From contig JAFMCI010000006.1 of NCBI GenBank assembly GCA_017857855.1, positions 1 through 63,059 on the forward strand: a stretch of DNA of 63,059 bases, in the 5' to 3' direction. The stretch comes from Bacteroidia bacterium (GTDB taxonomy: Bacteria > Bacteroidota > Bacteroidia > NS11-12g > UBA9320). This document shows positions 1 through 9,738 of this stretch, piece after piece. Below the pieces are notes generated by a model. That model worked only from the letters and a program-made list of their open reading frames with translations, did no database searches and was not told the DNA's origin. A program made the translations under genes and the position numbers. Positions within the stretch are counted from its first letter, which is position 1, and every line of letters begins with the position of its first letter.

Positions 1-66
1 TTGTCATATTAAAAATTATACACTACTTTTATGCCAATTAAAATTCAATGTAAATAACGAATTCTC

Positions 67-879
67 ATGGAAAATACATTTAATAAAATTCTACTAGCTG
101 TTGATGAAACAAAAGCATCTAATACTGCTTTGGTTCAAGCATGTAATTATGCAGCAATATTTAAATCTGAATTGACTGTTCTTCTTGTGTCTAAGGGTAC
201 GTCAAGTGCTTTTGATGATGCTAAAAAAAGGATTAAAGATTTTACGTCATCCAGTGGTATAGTGGTTGAGTTAGCAGAACGAAAGGGAAAATTTTACGAT
301 GAGGTAAGCAAGTTTGAGAAAAAAGGAGATTTTTCTTTAATTGTCTTAGGGTCCAGGGATAAAAAGGGATTTAAACTATTTTGGTCATCAAGTGATGTCT
401 TTAAAGTGATAGATACGTCGACATGCCCAGTGCTTAGTGTCAAGGCAAATTCTCCGGATTTTAGGATGGCTCATATTGTATTGCCTTTAGCTGATTCTAA
501 TAAAACACGTCAAAAAGTTCCGTACTGCGTTGAAATAGCCAAGCATTTTGGCTCAACTATACACATTTTAGGTATATCTAATGATACTGGAGCTGAAACG
601 GAGAATAAAGTAAAGTCTTATATAAGGCAAACAGAAAATTACCTTGCCGAAAGAAATTTAAACTATGTAATAGAAACATCTTTTGGCAACAAGGTCTCAG
701 ACGGGATCATGAATTATGCTAAGAAGGTTAATGCTGGTTTGGTGGTCATAATGACAGATACCGAGAGCGAAGGGTTGTTTATGGATAGCTATTCTCAAAA
801 GCTAGTGTACAAAAGTGCTACGCCAATATTAAGCATTCATTCAAGAGATACGCGTGTAGCTGGGCAAGCTGGCTATTAA
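67..879 (+). CDS. Universal stress protein (tandem Usp domains)
   Basis: FNKILLAVD N-terminal motif, LIVLGSR...TCPVL, and a second Usp-like half ending PILSI. Confidence 0.85.
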   Translation: MENTFNKILLAVDETKASNTALVQACNYAAIFKSELTVLLVSKGTSSAFDDAKKRIKDFTSSSGIVVELAERKGKFYDEVSKFEKKGDFSLIVLGSRDKKGFKLFWSSSDVFKVIDTSTCPVLSVKANSPDFRMAHIVLPLADSNKTRQKVPYCVEIAKHFGSTIHILGISNDTGAETENKVKSYIRQTENYLAERNLNYVIETSFGNKVSDGIMNYAKKVNAGLVVIMTDTESEGLFMDSYSQKLVYKSATPILSIHSRDTRVAGQAGY

Positions 880-899
880 GATAATACAAAATAAATTTA

Positions 900-932
900 C
901 ACTGAATTATAATGTAGCAACCTACATTAGTG
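900..932. terminator. Hairpin between convergent usp and SDR genes
   Basis: TAATGTAG-CAAC-CTACATTA 8-bp stem (910-929); no strong U-tract. Confidence 0.35.
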
Positions 933-950
933 ATATACCAAAATCTTAAT

Positions 951-1712
951 TTAAAGACCTTGGTTTCGAAGTATCACTCCCGCAGCAGGTTGTGCTGTTG
1001 GCATAATGATAAGCTCGTTTATGTTGACATGTTTAGGACGACTTATGATATAACCTATAGCATCTGCAATGTCCTGCGCCACTAAGTTTTCAAAACCTTC
1101 ATATACAGAAGCGGCTTTAACCGTATCGCCCTCTAATCTAACCAATGAAAATTCGGTTTCTACCGCTCCAGGATGTACCGCAGATACGCGGATTCCTGAT
1201 TCAGCGAGTTCTCTGCGCATCGCCTTATTGAGCGCGTCTACCATGTGTTTAGTGCCACAGTACACATTGCCGTTCGGATACACTTCTTTTCCCGCTATCG
1301 AACCTACATTTACAATATGTCCTTTGGTTTGTTTGAGTAAAGGAATAGCAGATTTTGTAACGTAGAGCAGTCCTTTGATATTGGTGTCAATCATTCTATT
1401 CCAATCATCGATACTCCCGTTTTCTATATTGTCTAAACCTGCTGCTAGCCCTGCATTATTCACAACAACGTCAATATTTTGCCAGGCTTCAGGTAACGAT
1501 GTAAAGAAATCGGTCACCGCATCCGCATCGCGTACATCAAGGTGCATGAGGTGCGTAGAGATCCCGTACTTGTCACCGAGTTCTGCTGCTTGAACCTCCA
1601 GTTTATCTAACCTACGTCCATTTATAATTAAGTCGTAACCTTGTGCAGCAAGCAGGTGAGCAGTTGCTTCGCCTATACCCGATGTGGTTCCTGTAATTAA
1701 CGCAATAGGCAT
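951..1712 (-). CDS. SDR family NAD(P)-dependent oxidoreductase (YdfG-like)
   Basis: TGTTSGIG Rossmann motif, NNAG, catalytic YCGTK, RPKHVNI tail typical of YdfG. Confidence 0.9.
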   Translation of the reverse strand: MPIALITGTTSGIGEATAHLLAAQGYDLIINGRRLDKLEVQAAELGDKYGISTHLMHLDVRDADAVTDFFTSLPEAWQNIDVVVNNAGLAAGLDNIENGSIDDWNRMIDTNIKGLLYVTKSAIPLLKQTKGHIVNVGSIAGKEVYPNGNVYCGTKHMVDALNKAMRRELAESGIRVSAVHPGAVETEFSLVRLEGDTVKAASVYEGFENLVAQDIADAIGYIISRPKHVNINELIIMPTAQPAAGVILRNQGL

Positions 1713-2488
1713 TACTTATTCTTACCTTTTAACATGGTTAAAATATCCTCATCACTCATAGTGAGCATACCTTTGCTTAAGATTATTTTTACCTCTTCGG
1801 CATTACTTGCATTGGGGTATTCTGCCAAAAATTGATTGTAGTATGCAGAGGCGACCTTACTATCTTTTAAATATTCCCAACCTATAAATCCAGCACGGTA
1901 TATCAAATCTGAACGATTCTCATACTTAGGGAAATCTTTAATCGCTTGGTCTAGTGCAGTTAGTGCTTCTTCAAAACGCCCCACGGCAGTACAGGCTAAG
2001 GCTAATCGTTCGTAGTCTTTTGGAGCGATATTCTTATTTTCTTTTAACTTGTCTTCGTATAATTTGATGACATCTTGCCACTGTGCGGCGGTAGGAAGGT
2101 CTTTATCTAATACTTCAGAGATAAGATCGTCTGCCTCGGTAAATTTACCTGCATTACCATTCAGTATGGCTAAATTGATGGCGGCATTTCTGAAACGCTC
2201 CGTACTGTCGTCTCTAGTGATGTATTGCGTAAGAAGTGATTCTGCTTCGGCAGTATTTTTTTCATAGTAATAATATTGAGCAGCCGCATACAGATAGTCA
2301 TTTGCTTGCGCATCCTCATACTTTATCCCGTAGGCCTTGTGGAGCAAAGCCAATTCTGCTAAGCCTTCTTTGGTTCCTGTTTTTTCGGAGTTTTCAAATG
2401 CTGCGATTTCGGCTAACATTGATTCTTGGCTTTGGCCACAAGATACAAGTGCGAAGGCAGCTAAAACGTAAACGATTACTTTGTTCAT
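1712..2488 (-). CDS. TPR-repeat lipoprotein
   Basis: Lipobox LVSC; TPR-like helices with YxxFLxxYP motif. Confidence 0.7.
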   Translation of the reverse strand: MNKVIVYVLAAFALVSCGQSQESMLAEIAAFENSEKTGTKEGLAELALLHKAYGIKYEDAQANDYLYAAAQYYYYEKNTAEAESLLTQYITRDDSTERFRNAAINLAILNGNAGKFTEADDLISEVLDKDLPTAAQWQDVIKLYEDKLKENKNIAPKDYERLALACTAVGRFEEALTALDQAIKDFPKYENRSDLIYRAGFIGWEYLKDSKVASAYYNQFLAEYPNASNAEEVKIILSKGMLTMSDEDILTMLKGKNK

Positions 2489-2499
2489 TTAGATAAATG

Positions 2500-2868
2500 T
2501 TAATATTGATTGGTCTGCAAAAGTACTAATGTACATGCATCTATAGTCTCGATTTTTTGGGAAGTTGCTAAATTTTGTAGGACCGAATTTTCAGTTCCGG
2601 GATTAAAAATAATACGTTTGGGTTTTAGAGCTACTATCTGCTCGTAAAACCCCTCTTGAAGATTGGGATTAATGTATAACGTAATGGTGTCAACTTCTGC
2701 ATTAGTAGGCCACTCATTTAGAATGTCAACTGCCCCAATTTGTCCTTTTTTGATGCCAAACGGAATCACCTCATGACCAAAATCACGCAACATTTCAGTG
2801 GCTATGTAAGCGTATCTATTTGGGTTAGGAGTAGCACCTATTACAAGGGTTTTTTTAGTCTGCGGCAT
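2500..2868 (-). CDS. CoA-binding protein
   Basis: TLVIGATPNPNRYA, RIIFNPGTEN, ACTLVLL motifs. Confidence 0.88.
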   Translation of the reverse strand: MPQTKKTLVIGATPNPNRYAYIATEMLRDFGHEVIPFGIKKGQIGAVDILNEWPTNAEVDTITLYINPNLQEGFYEQIVALKPKRIIFNPGTENSVLQNLATSQKIETIDACTLVLLQTNQY

Positions 2869-4201
2869 ACCCTAAATAGTTAAATGGTGTAATGGCAGCA
2901 ATCTCCATTTTTATATGGTCAGACACGTCAAGTTTGGCTACGAAAGCTTGGATAGAAGCCTCATTTATTCCGTTATTGGTTCGGGTAAGGTCTTTTAGAA
3001 GTTCATAGGCACCTTCTATTTTTTCTCTTCGCAGGATGGTTTGTATCGCCTCTGCCGTCACCGCCCAGTTTTTGTTTAAGTCGGCGTGTATAGCCTCTTC
3101 ATTCAAAATTAATTTACTCATTCCTTTCTCCAAACTTTTAAGGGCAATTAAGAGGTGAGACAGAGGTACACCAACATTCCTAAGCACGGTACTGTCTGTC
3201 AAGTCACGTTGTAATCTGCTTATAGGCAACTTATTGCTAAAGTGGTCCAAAAGGGCATTAGCTACGCCAAAGTTTCCTTCGGCATTTTCAAAATCAATGG
3301 GATTTACTTTGTGAGGCATCGCACTTGAGCCAATTTCTCCGGCAACAATCTTTTGCTTGAAAAAGTCCATGCTAATGTATTGCCATACGTCTTTCGCAAA
3401 ATCCATTAAGATAACATCCATTCTTCTAAGGCAATCAAAAATAGCAGCGAGTTGATCGTAATGGTCTATTTGCGTTGTTGGATAGCTTCGTACTAAGCCC
3501 AAATCAGCTACCAAATGATCGCCAAACTCAGGCCAGTTGATGCTAGGGAATGCCAATTTGTGCGCATTAAAAGCACCGGTAGCACCTCCAAACTTGGCAC
3601 TAATTGGCGTGTTAATCAAGGTTTCTAATTGTATTCTAAGTCGCTCTGCATAAACGGCAAATTCTTTGCCCATTGTGGTAGGTGTAGCCGCTTGTCCGTG
3701 GGTTCTACTTAATAATGGGATGGTTTTCCATAGGGTAGCACAGGTATTAAGTTGCTCCAAAATGTTTTTGTAGGCAGGGATAATAACCTCATCCAAGCCC
3801 AACTGTAAGCTAAAAGGTATGGCGGTATTATTAATATCTTGACTGGTAAGTCCAAAGTGAACAAATTCACTGTATTCCTCCAGAGCGGTATGTTTAAGTT
3901 GTTTTTTAATAAAATATTCAACCGCTTTTACATCGTGGTTGGTGGTTTTTTCAATGTCCTTAATTTCTTGGGCATCGACTTCACTAAATTCAAGATAAAT
4001 CTTTTGAAGAAAAGTGATATCATTTTCGGCAATGGCAGGAAACTGAGGTAAATTCAATTGAGAAAGGGCAATGAAATACTCGATTTCTACCCATACGCGA
4101 TACTTAAAAAGTCCATATTCAGAAAAATAAGGAGCCAATTCATTTACTTTACTTCGGTATCTCCCGTCTATAGGGCTAATGGCTGATAATTGCGATAGCA
4201 T
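2855..4201 (-). CDS. purB: Adenylosuccinate lyase
   Basis: ISPIDGRY, TNHDVKAVEY, SSAMPHKVNPIDFEN signature. Confidence 0.97.
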   Translation of the reverse strand: MLSQLSAISPIDGRYRSKVNELAPYFSEYGLFKYRVWVEIEYFIALSQLNLPQFPAIAENDITFLQKIYLEFSEVDAQEIKDIEKTTNHDVKAVEYFIKKQLKHTALEEYSEFVHFGLTSQDINNTAIPFSLQLGLDEVIIPAYKNILEQLNTCATLWKTIPLLSRTHGQAATPTTMGKEFAVYAERLRIQLETLINTPISAKFGGATGAFNAHKLAFPSINWPEFGDHLVADLGLVRSYPTTQIDHYDQLAAIFDCLRRMDVILMDFAKDVWQYISMDFFKQKIVAGEIGSSAMPHKVNPIDFENAEGNFGVANALLDHFSNKLPISRLQRDLTDSTVLRNVGVPLSHLLIALKSLEKGMSKLILNEEAIHADLNKNWAVTAEAIQTILRREKIEGAYELLKDLTRTNNGINEASIQAFVAKLDVSDHIKMEIAAITPFNYLGYAAD

Positions 4202-4206
4202 AGCTG

Positions 4207-4214
4207 CAAAGGTA
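4207..4214 (-). promoter_or_regulatory. Bacteroidota -7 promoter element (TACCTTTG), 5 nt before purB ATG
   Basis: Exact TAnnTTTG match on minus strand. Confidence 0.7.
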
Positions 4215-4409
4215 GTTTTACCGACACATAATACTATGCTTGGTGTTTATCTCGTGGAAAACGGGGTACGGATTACATCCATACTTCTAATTTCGTTTTA
4301 AGTTAGAAAAAAATGGATGACGATGAATATGTGAATGTCCCGTTAAAGTCGGTTCTGTTTCGAATTTCACCTGTCTAACACCCCTTAGAATCCGTATCGG
4401 TTATATCCT

Positions 4410-4417
4410 TACTTTTG
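4410..4417 (+). promoter_or_regulatory. Bacteroidota -7 promoter element (TACTTTTG), 4 nt before ATG 4422
   Basis: Exact TAnnTTTG match. Confidence 0.7.
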
Positions 4418-4421
4418 TCCC

Positions 4422-5978
4422 ATGCGTAATATCGTTTACTTATTTATTTTTTGGATCTCTTTTGCACAAGCACAAGTTACTCTTTCAAGTGCCAAACTCG
4501 ATTTTGGAGATGTACTTACCACCACAGAAAAAGAACTAGCGGTAGATATTACCAACAGTACGTCTGCTGATTTAGGAATAGACCAAGTAAAACTGTACGG
4601 AGTAGATTATTCATATAGCTTGAGTAATGCTACCCTAGCACCTGCAGGCAGTCAAAAACTAAGAGTTACCTTTAAGCCAAGACACAATGTAGTGTATAAT
4701 GGCGAAGTGATACTGGTGCTAAGCGATGGCTCACAACATAGAGTAGATATCGTAGGTAATGGCAGATATGCTGGGACCTACTACGATGCTACCTTTAATA
4801 AAAGCTATCAGGATCTTAAAGACGCTCTGAAAACAACTCTTGCATCGGGATATACCAACCTAGGTTACAATGGGGCTCGCGATAAAATGTACGGAGAGAT
4901 AGATAATGTAAATGGTAAAGTTACCTGTATTTACACAGGACGTGTAGCTACGTTTAATACAAGAGCTACAGCCACAAGCAATAGCTTTAATTGTGAACAT
5001 ACTTGGCCGCAAAGTTTATTTAACTCGGCAGAGCCTGAAAAAGCAGATATCCATCATTTGTTTCCAACGGACGATAATGCCAATAGCAAACGAGCAAACT
5101 ATGCGTTTGGTACGGTAAGCAACGCAAGCTGGACGGAAGGTGGGAGTAAGCTGGGTGGTAGCGTATTTGAGCCTAGAGATGAACAAAAAGGGGCTACTGC
5201 AAGAGCAATGCTTTACTTCTGTATCCGGTATCAAGATTACAGCAACTTTATAGATTCGCAAGAGGAATTGTTGAAACAATGGCACAGGGATTATGCTCCC
5301 AACACGCAAGAAGTAGCACGTAACGAAAGTATTTACAAGTATCAAAAAAACCGTAATCCCTTTGTAGATCACCCAGAGTTTATGGAGCGTATAAATGTAA
5401 TAGGCGGAACAGATACAAAGCCAGTGTTAAAATTGGCTAATCTTGTTCAAAGTACGATTAACTATACAAACGTTACACCAAGCGATCAACGTGTTATTTA
5501 CGTAATGAATGTAGGTAATCAAGATTGGTCTTCCATCGTTGGGGCTACGTCAGTAAGCGGGAATGTAACCGTTATAAGCACCAGCAATGCAGCTGCAGTA
5601 GGTGAGCCTGTGGCCATAACCATAGGTTTTTCAGAGACTACTGAAGGGACTTATAAAGACGTGGTGACGTTGGATTTACAAAATCAAGTTGGCTCTTCGT
5701 ATGATTTTATGATCACCTATTCCCTCGGAAAGGTTGGTCTTAAGGATAAGCAAATGAACAAAGTAGCCATTGTATATAATCCTCTAAATCAATTTATATC
5801 CTTAACGAATGTACCGCAAGGAGCAAATCAACTCGAAGTATATGATGGTGCTGGTCAATTGGTCTTATTAAGTTCAACCTTCACCGATATTCCATTCGTT
5901 GGGCACGCAGGAGGTGTTTACTTCGTTGCTATCAAAACCGAAAAAGAGGTTATTACCTCCAAGTTTTTGGTTTATTAG
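4422..5978 (+). CDS. Secreted endonuclease I-family nuclease with Ig-like (ASH/choice-of-anchor D-like) domain and T9SS type A C-terminal domain
   Basis: Signal peptide; CEHTWPQS, DIHHLFPT...NSKRAN, ARAMLYF, NRNPFVDHPE motifs; C-terminal VYDGAGQLV...GVYFV...SKFLVY. Confidence 0.85.
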   Translation: MRNIVYLFIFWISFAQAQVTLSSAKLDFGDVLTTTEKELAVDITNSTSADLGIDQVKLYGVDYSYSLSNATLAPAGSQKLRVTFKPRHNVVYNGEVILVLSDGSQHRVDIVGNGRYAGTYYDATFNKSYQDLKDALKTTLASGYTNLGYNGARDKMYGEIDNVNGKVTCIYTGRVATFNTRATATSNSFNCEHTWPQSLFNSAEPEKADIHHLFPTDDNANSKRANYAFGTVSNASWTEGGSKLGGSVFEPRDEQKGATARAMLYFCIRYQDYSNFIDSQEELLKQWHRDYAPNTQEVARNESIYKYQKNRNPFVDHPEFMERINVIGGTDTKPVLKLANLVQSTINYTNVTPSDQRVIYVMNVGNQDWSSIVGATSVSGNVTVISTSNAAAVGEPVAITIGFSETTEGTYKDVVTLDLQNQVGSSYDFMITYSLGKVGLKDKQMNKVAIVYNPLNQFISLTNVPQGANQLEVYDGAGQLVLLSSTFTDIPFVGHAGGVYFVAIKTEKEVITSKFLVY

Positions 5979-6008
5979 TTTAACAAACCGAAGTAATTAT
6001 TTTAAAGC

Positions 6009-7802
6009 ATGAATTTTTTTAAAGTTGTTTTAGCATCAGCTATTGGCTACATAATAGCCGGCGTTATTCTTTTAACCTTACTTATCGTAACGGCAGTTGG
6101 CATTGCCAGTAGTAGCTCAGATCAAGAAGAGTTGCCAAGTGATGCAGTGCTCACGCTTAAGCTCAATTATCCCATCGTGGATAGAGTCCAAGATGGTAAT
6201 CCATTAGCCGCTTTAGCGCTTTTAAATCCCAATGAGCAAACGCCTTTAGGTTTAAATGATATTTTAAGCAGCATTGAAAAAGCCAAAACAGATAATAACA
6301 TAAAGGGAATTATTCTTGACTTAACAACCTTTCAGGCAGGTTATGCTAAACTGACGGAAGTTAGAAATAAGCTAGAAGAATTTAAAGCCACGGGCAAGTT
6401 TATCTACGCTTACGCAGATTACTATTACTTTCCTACCTATTTTATGGCGAGTGTTGCCGACAGCGTCTTTGTAAATCCTGAGGGTGAAATGGCTTTCAAC
6501 GGCATGGTGGCTCAAGTTACTTTTTTTGCTGGTGCTTTAGAAAAATTAGGTGTTAATATGCAAGTAGTGCGAGCGGGCAAGTTTAAAGGTGCCGTGGAAG
6601 CATACACACGAAATAACTTAAGCCCTGAGAACAAGGAGCAAATAGAAATTTACATCAATTCTGTTTTTAACGAAACATTGGCTAAGATTTCAAAGTCACG
6701 AAAAATAGATGTTGCCAAATTAAAAGCAGATGCAGATGAATTGAAAATGAAATCGGTGAATGATTTTAAATCAAACGGGTACATTGATGCAGTTGCATAC
6801 AGAGATCAGTTTTACAGTGCTATGAAAAAGCGTATGGGAGTGAAAGACGATCATAAAGTTCCACTTATCTCCGAACAAAAATATGCAAAGTCATTAGAAG
6901 ATGTAGGCAGCGGAAGCGATAGAATTGCGGTAGTATATGCGTCGGGTGATATTATTGGCGGTAAAGGCGACGGTACTCAAATTGCTGCGGATGACTTAGC
7001 AGAAACCCTAAAAAATGTTCGTCTTGACAATAAAGTAAAAGCGGTGGTCCTTCGAATTGATAGTAGAGGGGGCAGTTCACTAGCTTCGGATATTATCTGG
7101 CGAGAAGCTAAGCTGCTTTCAGCGGCTAAACCATTAATCGTAAGTATGAGCGATGTTGCTGCCAGTGGTGGGTATTACATAGCTACGCCTGCAAGTAAAA
7201 TTGTGGCAGAGCCTACTACTATCACAGGATCTATTGGTGTATTCGGCCTTATACCCAATGCACAGAAATTACTGAATGATAAATTAGGTATTGAGTTTGA
7301 GTATGTGGGCACTGGCAAACATTCTGATATTGGTAGAATAGACAGAGATATGACGCTTGAAGAGAGAGAATACATAGAATCTATCATCGATAAAATTTAT
7401 GATACTTTTCTTTCAAGAGTTGCCGAAGGGCGCAAGATGACTAAAGAACAAGTGCATGAAGTAGCACAAGGGCGTGTATGGACCGGTGTTATGGCAAAAG
7501 AAGTTGGGTTAGTAGATGAGCTTGGAGGTCTTGAGAAAGCCATTGAAATTGCTGCCAAAGAAGCAAATCTTACCGAATATAAACTTAAGGAATATCCTAA
7601 AGTTCAAGATCAGTTGGAGCTTATTGTCAATAAAATGACTGGGAATACTTCATTTCAATCCAAAGTAAAAGAAATGGCTAAATACACAGGATTTGAGAGC
7701 TATGCTCATTATTTGTCAGAGTTTGAGAAATTCGGGACAAAACACAGTGTACAGGCCATCATGCCGTTCGATATTTCAGTGAAAAATTATTCACTACAAT
7801 AA
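6009..7802 (+). CDS. sppA: Signal peptide peptidase SppA (67K type)
   Basis: Two S49 domains; AASGGYY, TITGSIGV, AQGRVWTG motifs. Confidence 0.95.
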   Translation: MNFFKVVLASAIGYIIAGVILLTLLIVTAVGIASSSSDQEELPSDAVLTLKLNYPIVDRVQDGNPLAALALLNPNEQTPLGLNDILSSIEKAKTDNNIKGIILDLTTFQAGYAKLTEVRNKLEEFKATGKFIYAYADYYYFPTYFMASVADSVFVNPEGEMAFNGMVAQVTFFAGALEKLGVNMQVVRAGKFKGAVEAYTRNNLSPENKEQIEIYINSVFNETLAKISKSRKIDVAKLKADADELKMKSVNDFKSNGYIDAVAYRDQFYSAMKKRMGVKDDHKVPLISEQKYAKSLEDVGSGSDRIAVVYASGDIIGGKGDGTQIAADDLAETLKNVRLDNKVKAVVLRIDSRGGSSLASDIIWREAKLLSAAKPLIVSMSDVAASGGYYIATPASKIVAEPTTITGSIGVFGLIPNAQKLLNDKLGIEFEYVGTGKHSDIGRIDRDMTLEEREYIESIIDKIYDTFLSRVAEGRKMTKEQVHEVAQGRVWTGVMAKEVGLVDELGGLEKAIEIAAKEANLTEYKLKEYPKVQDQLELIVNKMTGNTSFQSKVKEMAKYTGFESYAHYLSEFEKFGTKHSVQAIMPFDISVKNYSLQ

Positions 7803-7939
7803 GTATTTGTCATCCTTGAACAAAGCGTAACGGTAGATTGATGTTAGATACATCAGCTTAAAAACAACGCTTCAATTGTAGTTTAGTATTTTACTTAATG
7901 GTGTTTATACCCAAAGACGAATAATTTAATCGAAAAGAC

Positions 7940-7973
7940 TGCCACATTGTGAAAAAAATCTGCCATTTTTGCA
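7940..7973 (+). promoter_or_regulatory. Tandem TGCCA boxes, candidate binding sites of the downstream sigma54 activator
   Basis: TGCCACATTGTGA (7940) and TGCCATTTTTGCA (7961), 21 bp apart; the second matches a site upstream of groES. Confidence 0.45.
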
Positions 7974-7982
7974 GTTCGATTA

Positions 7983-9245
7983 ATGGATTTACAACAAGTA
8001 AAACAACGATTTGGTATAATAGGTAACTCACCTAAGCTACACTATGCCCTGCAAACAGCAATGCGCGTAGCTCCCACTGAACTCACAGTTTATATTCAAG
8101 GCGAGAGTGGAAGTGGGAAGGAGTCCTTTTCTAAAATAATACATCAATTAAGTCCTCGAAAACATGGGCCATTTATCGCTATCAACTGTGGGGCATTGCC
8201 AGAAGGTACGATTAACTCTGAACTTTTTGGTCATGATAAAGGAGCGTTTACCGGTGCGATGGATAGCAGAAAAGGCTATTTTGAAAGTGTAAATGGCGGA
8301 ACATTATTTCTAGATGAGGTAGGAGAACTACCTTTGGAAACACAAAGTAGATTACTGCGCGTTTTAGAAAACGGTGAGTATATCAGGGTAGGGAGCAGTA
8401 AGGTAATGAAAACTGATGTACGTATTATTACAGCTACCAACAAAGACTTGATAGGAGAGGTGGAAAAAGGAAAATTTAGAGAAGACTTGTATTACAGACT
8501 ATCTACGCTTCCTATTGCCGTTCCCCCGTTACGCGACAGACCTGGAGATGTGGTCCTTTTATTCCAAAAATTCGCTTTCGATGCCACAGAAAGATACAGA
8601 AGTGAACCGTTAGAACTTTCGCTCGATGGTGAACAAGTGCTTATGAATTATCGCTGGCCTGGTAACATTCGTCAGATAAAAAATATTGCGGAGCAAATCT
8701 CCGTACTAGAACAAGGACACCCTATTGATTCAACTACTATATTAAAGTACTTGCCTGCGAGAGCAGATAATAATTTGCCTGCATTGTACAGAGAAAAGTC
8801 TGAACACTCAGATGTATCTGAAAGAGATATATTCTACAAGGTCCTGATTGATCTTAAAAAAGACGTATCAGAACTACGTAAAGTGGTTTTTGGTATGGTA
8901 GATAATAACCAATCAAATGAAGATTTTAGAGATAATTCTAACTCTTCTGTGACCCGTGTTCTTGGGCAGGAAAATAATCAATTAGAAAAAACATCATACA
9001 CAAGTAACCCTTATCCAAAGGTAAATACGAATTTGCACAACGAAGACTTGGACGAACATTTTGTTATTGATGATCGCGACACGGTGGGAGAGAATGAAGT
9101 ACTTTCACTAGAAGCTAAAGAAGAAGAATTAATTAGAAAAGCATTACTTAAAAACAGTGGACGTCGTAAAAAAGCAGCACAAGAACTGGGTATTTCCGAA
9201 CGAACATTGTACCGTAAAATAAAGCAATATGAAATCGATAATTAA
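7983..9245 (+). CDS. Sigma54-dependent Fis-family transcriptional activator without N-terminal sensor domain
   Basis: Walker A GESGSGKE, GAFTGA, LFLDE, WPGNIRQ, C-terminal HTH AAQELGISERTLYRKI. Confidence 0.93.
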   Translation: MDLQQVKQRFGIIGNSPKLHYALQTAMRVAPTELTVYIQGESGSGKESFSKIIHQLSPRKHGPFIAINCGALPEGTINSELFGHDKGAFTGAMDSRKGYFESVNGGTLFLDEVGELPLETQSRLLRVLENGEYIRVGSSKVMKTDVRIITATNKDLIGEVEKGKFREDLYYRLSTLPIAVPPLRDRPGDVVLLFQKFAFDATERYRSEPLELSLDGEQVLMNYRWPGNIRQIKNIAEQISVLEQGHPIDSTTILKYLPARADNNLPALYREKSEHSDVSERDIFYKVLIDLKKDVSELRKVVFGMVDNNQSNEDFRDNSNSSVTRVLGQENNQLEKTSYTSNPYPKVNTNLHNEDLDEHFVIDDRDTVGENEVLSLEAKEEELIRKALLKNSGRRKKAAQELGISERTLYRKIKQYEIDN

Positions 9246-9738
9246 ACGCTTTACCTTCATATTCGCATTAATGATGCTTCTGAATTCATGTGGTTTTTAT
9301 GGCTTTAGTGGAACATCTATAGATCCTAAAGTGAAAACGTTCTCTGTTTCTTTTTTTGAGAATAGTGCTCCTATAGTTTCTCCATTATTAAGTCAAACGA
9401 TTACGGAAAAGTTAAAACAAAAGTTTATATCTGAAACCAGTTTAAGTATCACAGAAAATGAGGGAGATTTTAAGTTTTCGGGGAATATTACGGGTTTTAC
9501 AGTGGCTCCAATATCTGCACAAAATACAGATAACGCCTCGCTCAATAGATTGACGATTACAATAAATGTAAAGTTAGTCAGTGATAAAGATCCCAAGAGT
9601 GCTTTTGAACAATCATTTACTAATTTTCAGGACTTCGATGCTGCTAGAGATTTTAGTCAAGTTGAAACGGAATTGGTTAATGATATTTCGGATATGCTCA
9701 TACAAACTATTTTCAATAAAGCTGCAATCAACTGGTGA
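9229..9738 (+). CDS. lptE: LPS assembly lipoprotein LptE family
   Basis: Lipobox LNSC, YGFSGTSI, NRLTITINVK, terminal NW; usual Bacteroidota position after the sigma54 activator. Confidence 0.8.
   Translation: MKSIIKRFTFIFALMMLLNSCGFYGFSGTSIDPKVKTFSVSFFENSAPIVSPLLSQTITEKLKQKFISETSLSITENEGDFKFSGNITGFTVAPISAQNTDNASLNRLTITINVKLVSDKDPKSAFEQSFTNFQDFDAARDFSQVETELVNDISDMLIQTIFNKAAINW

Noticed and set aside
7816-7875. Nested hairpin after sppA (TGATGT/ACATCA inside AAGCGT/ACGCTT)
   Set aside because: Short stems and no U-tract; most simply a 3' end structure of sppA, with too little support for an ncRNA
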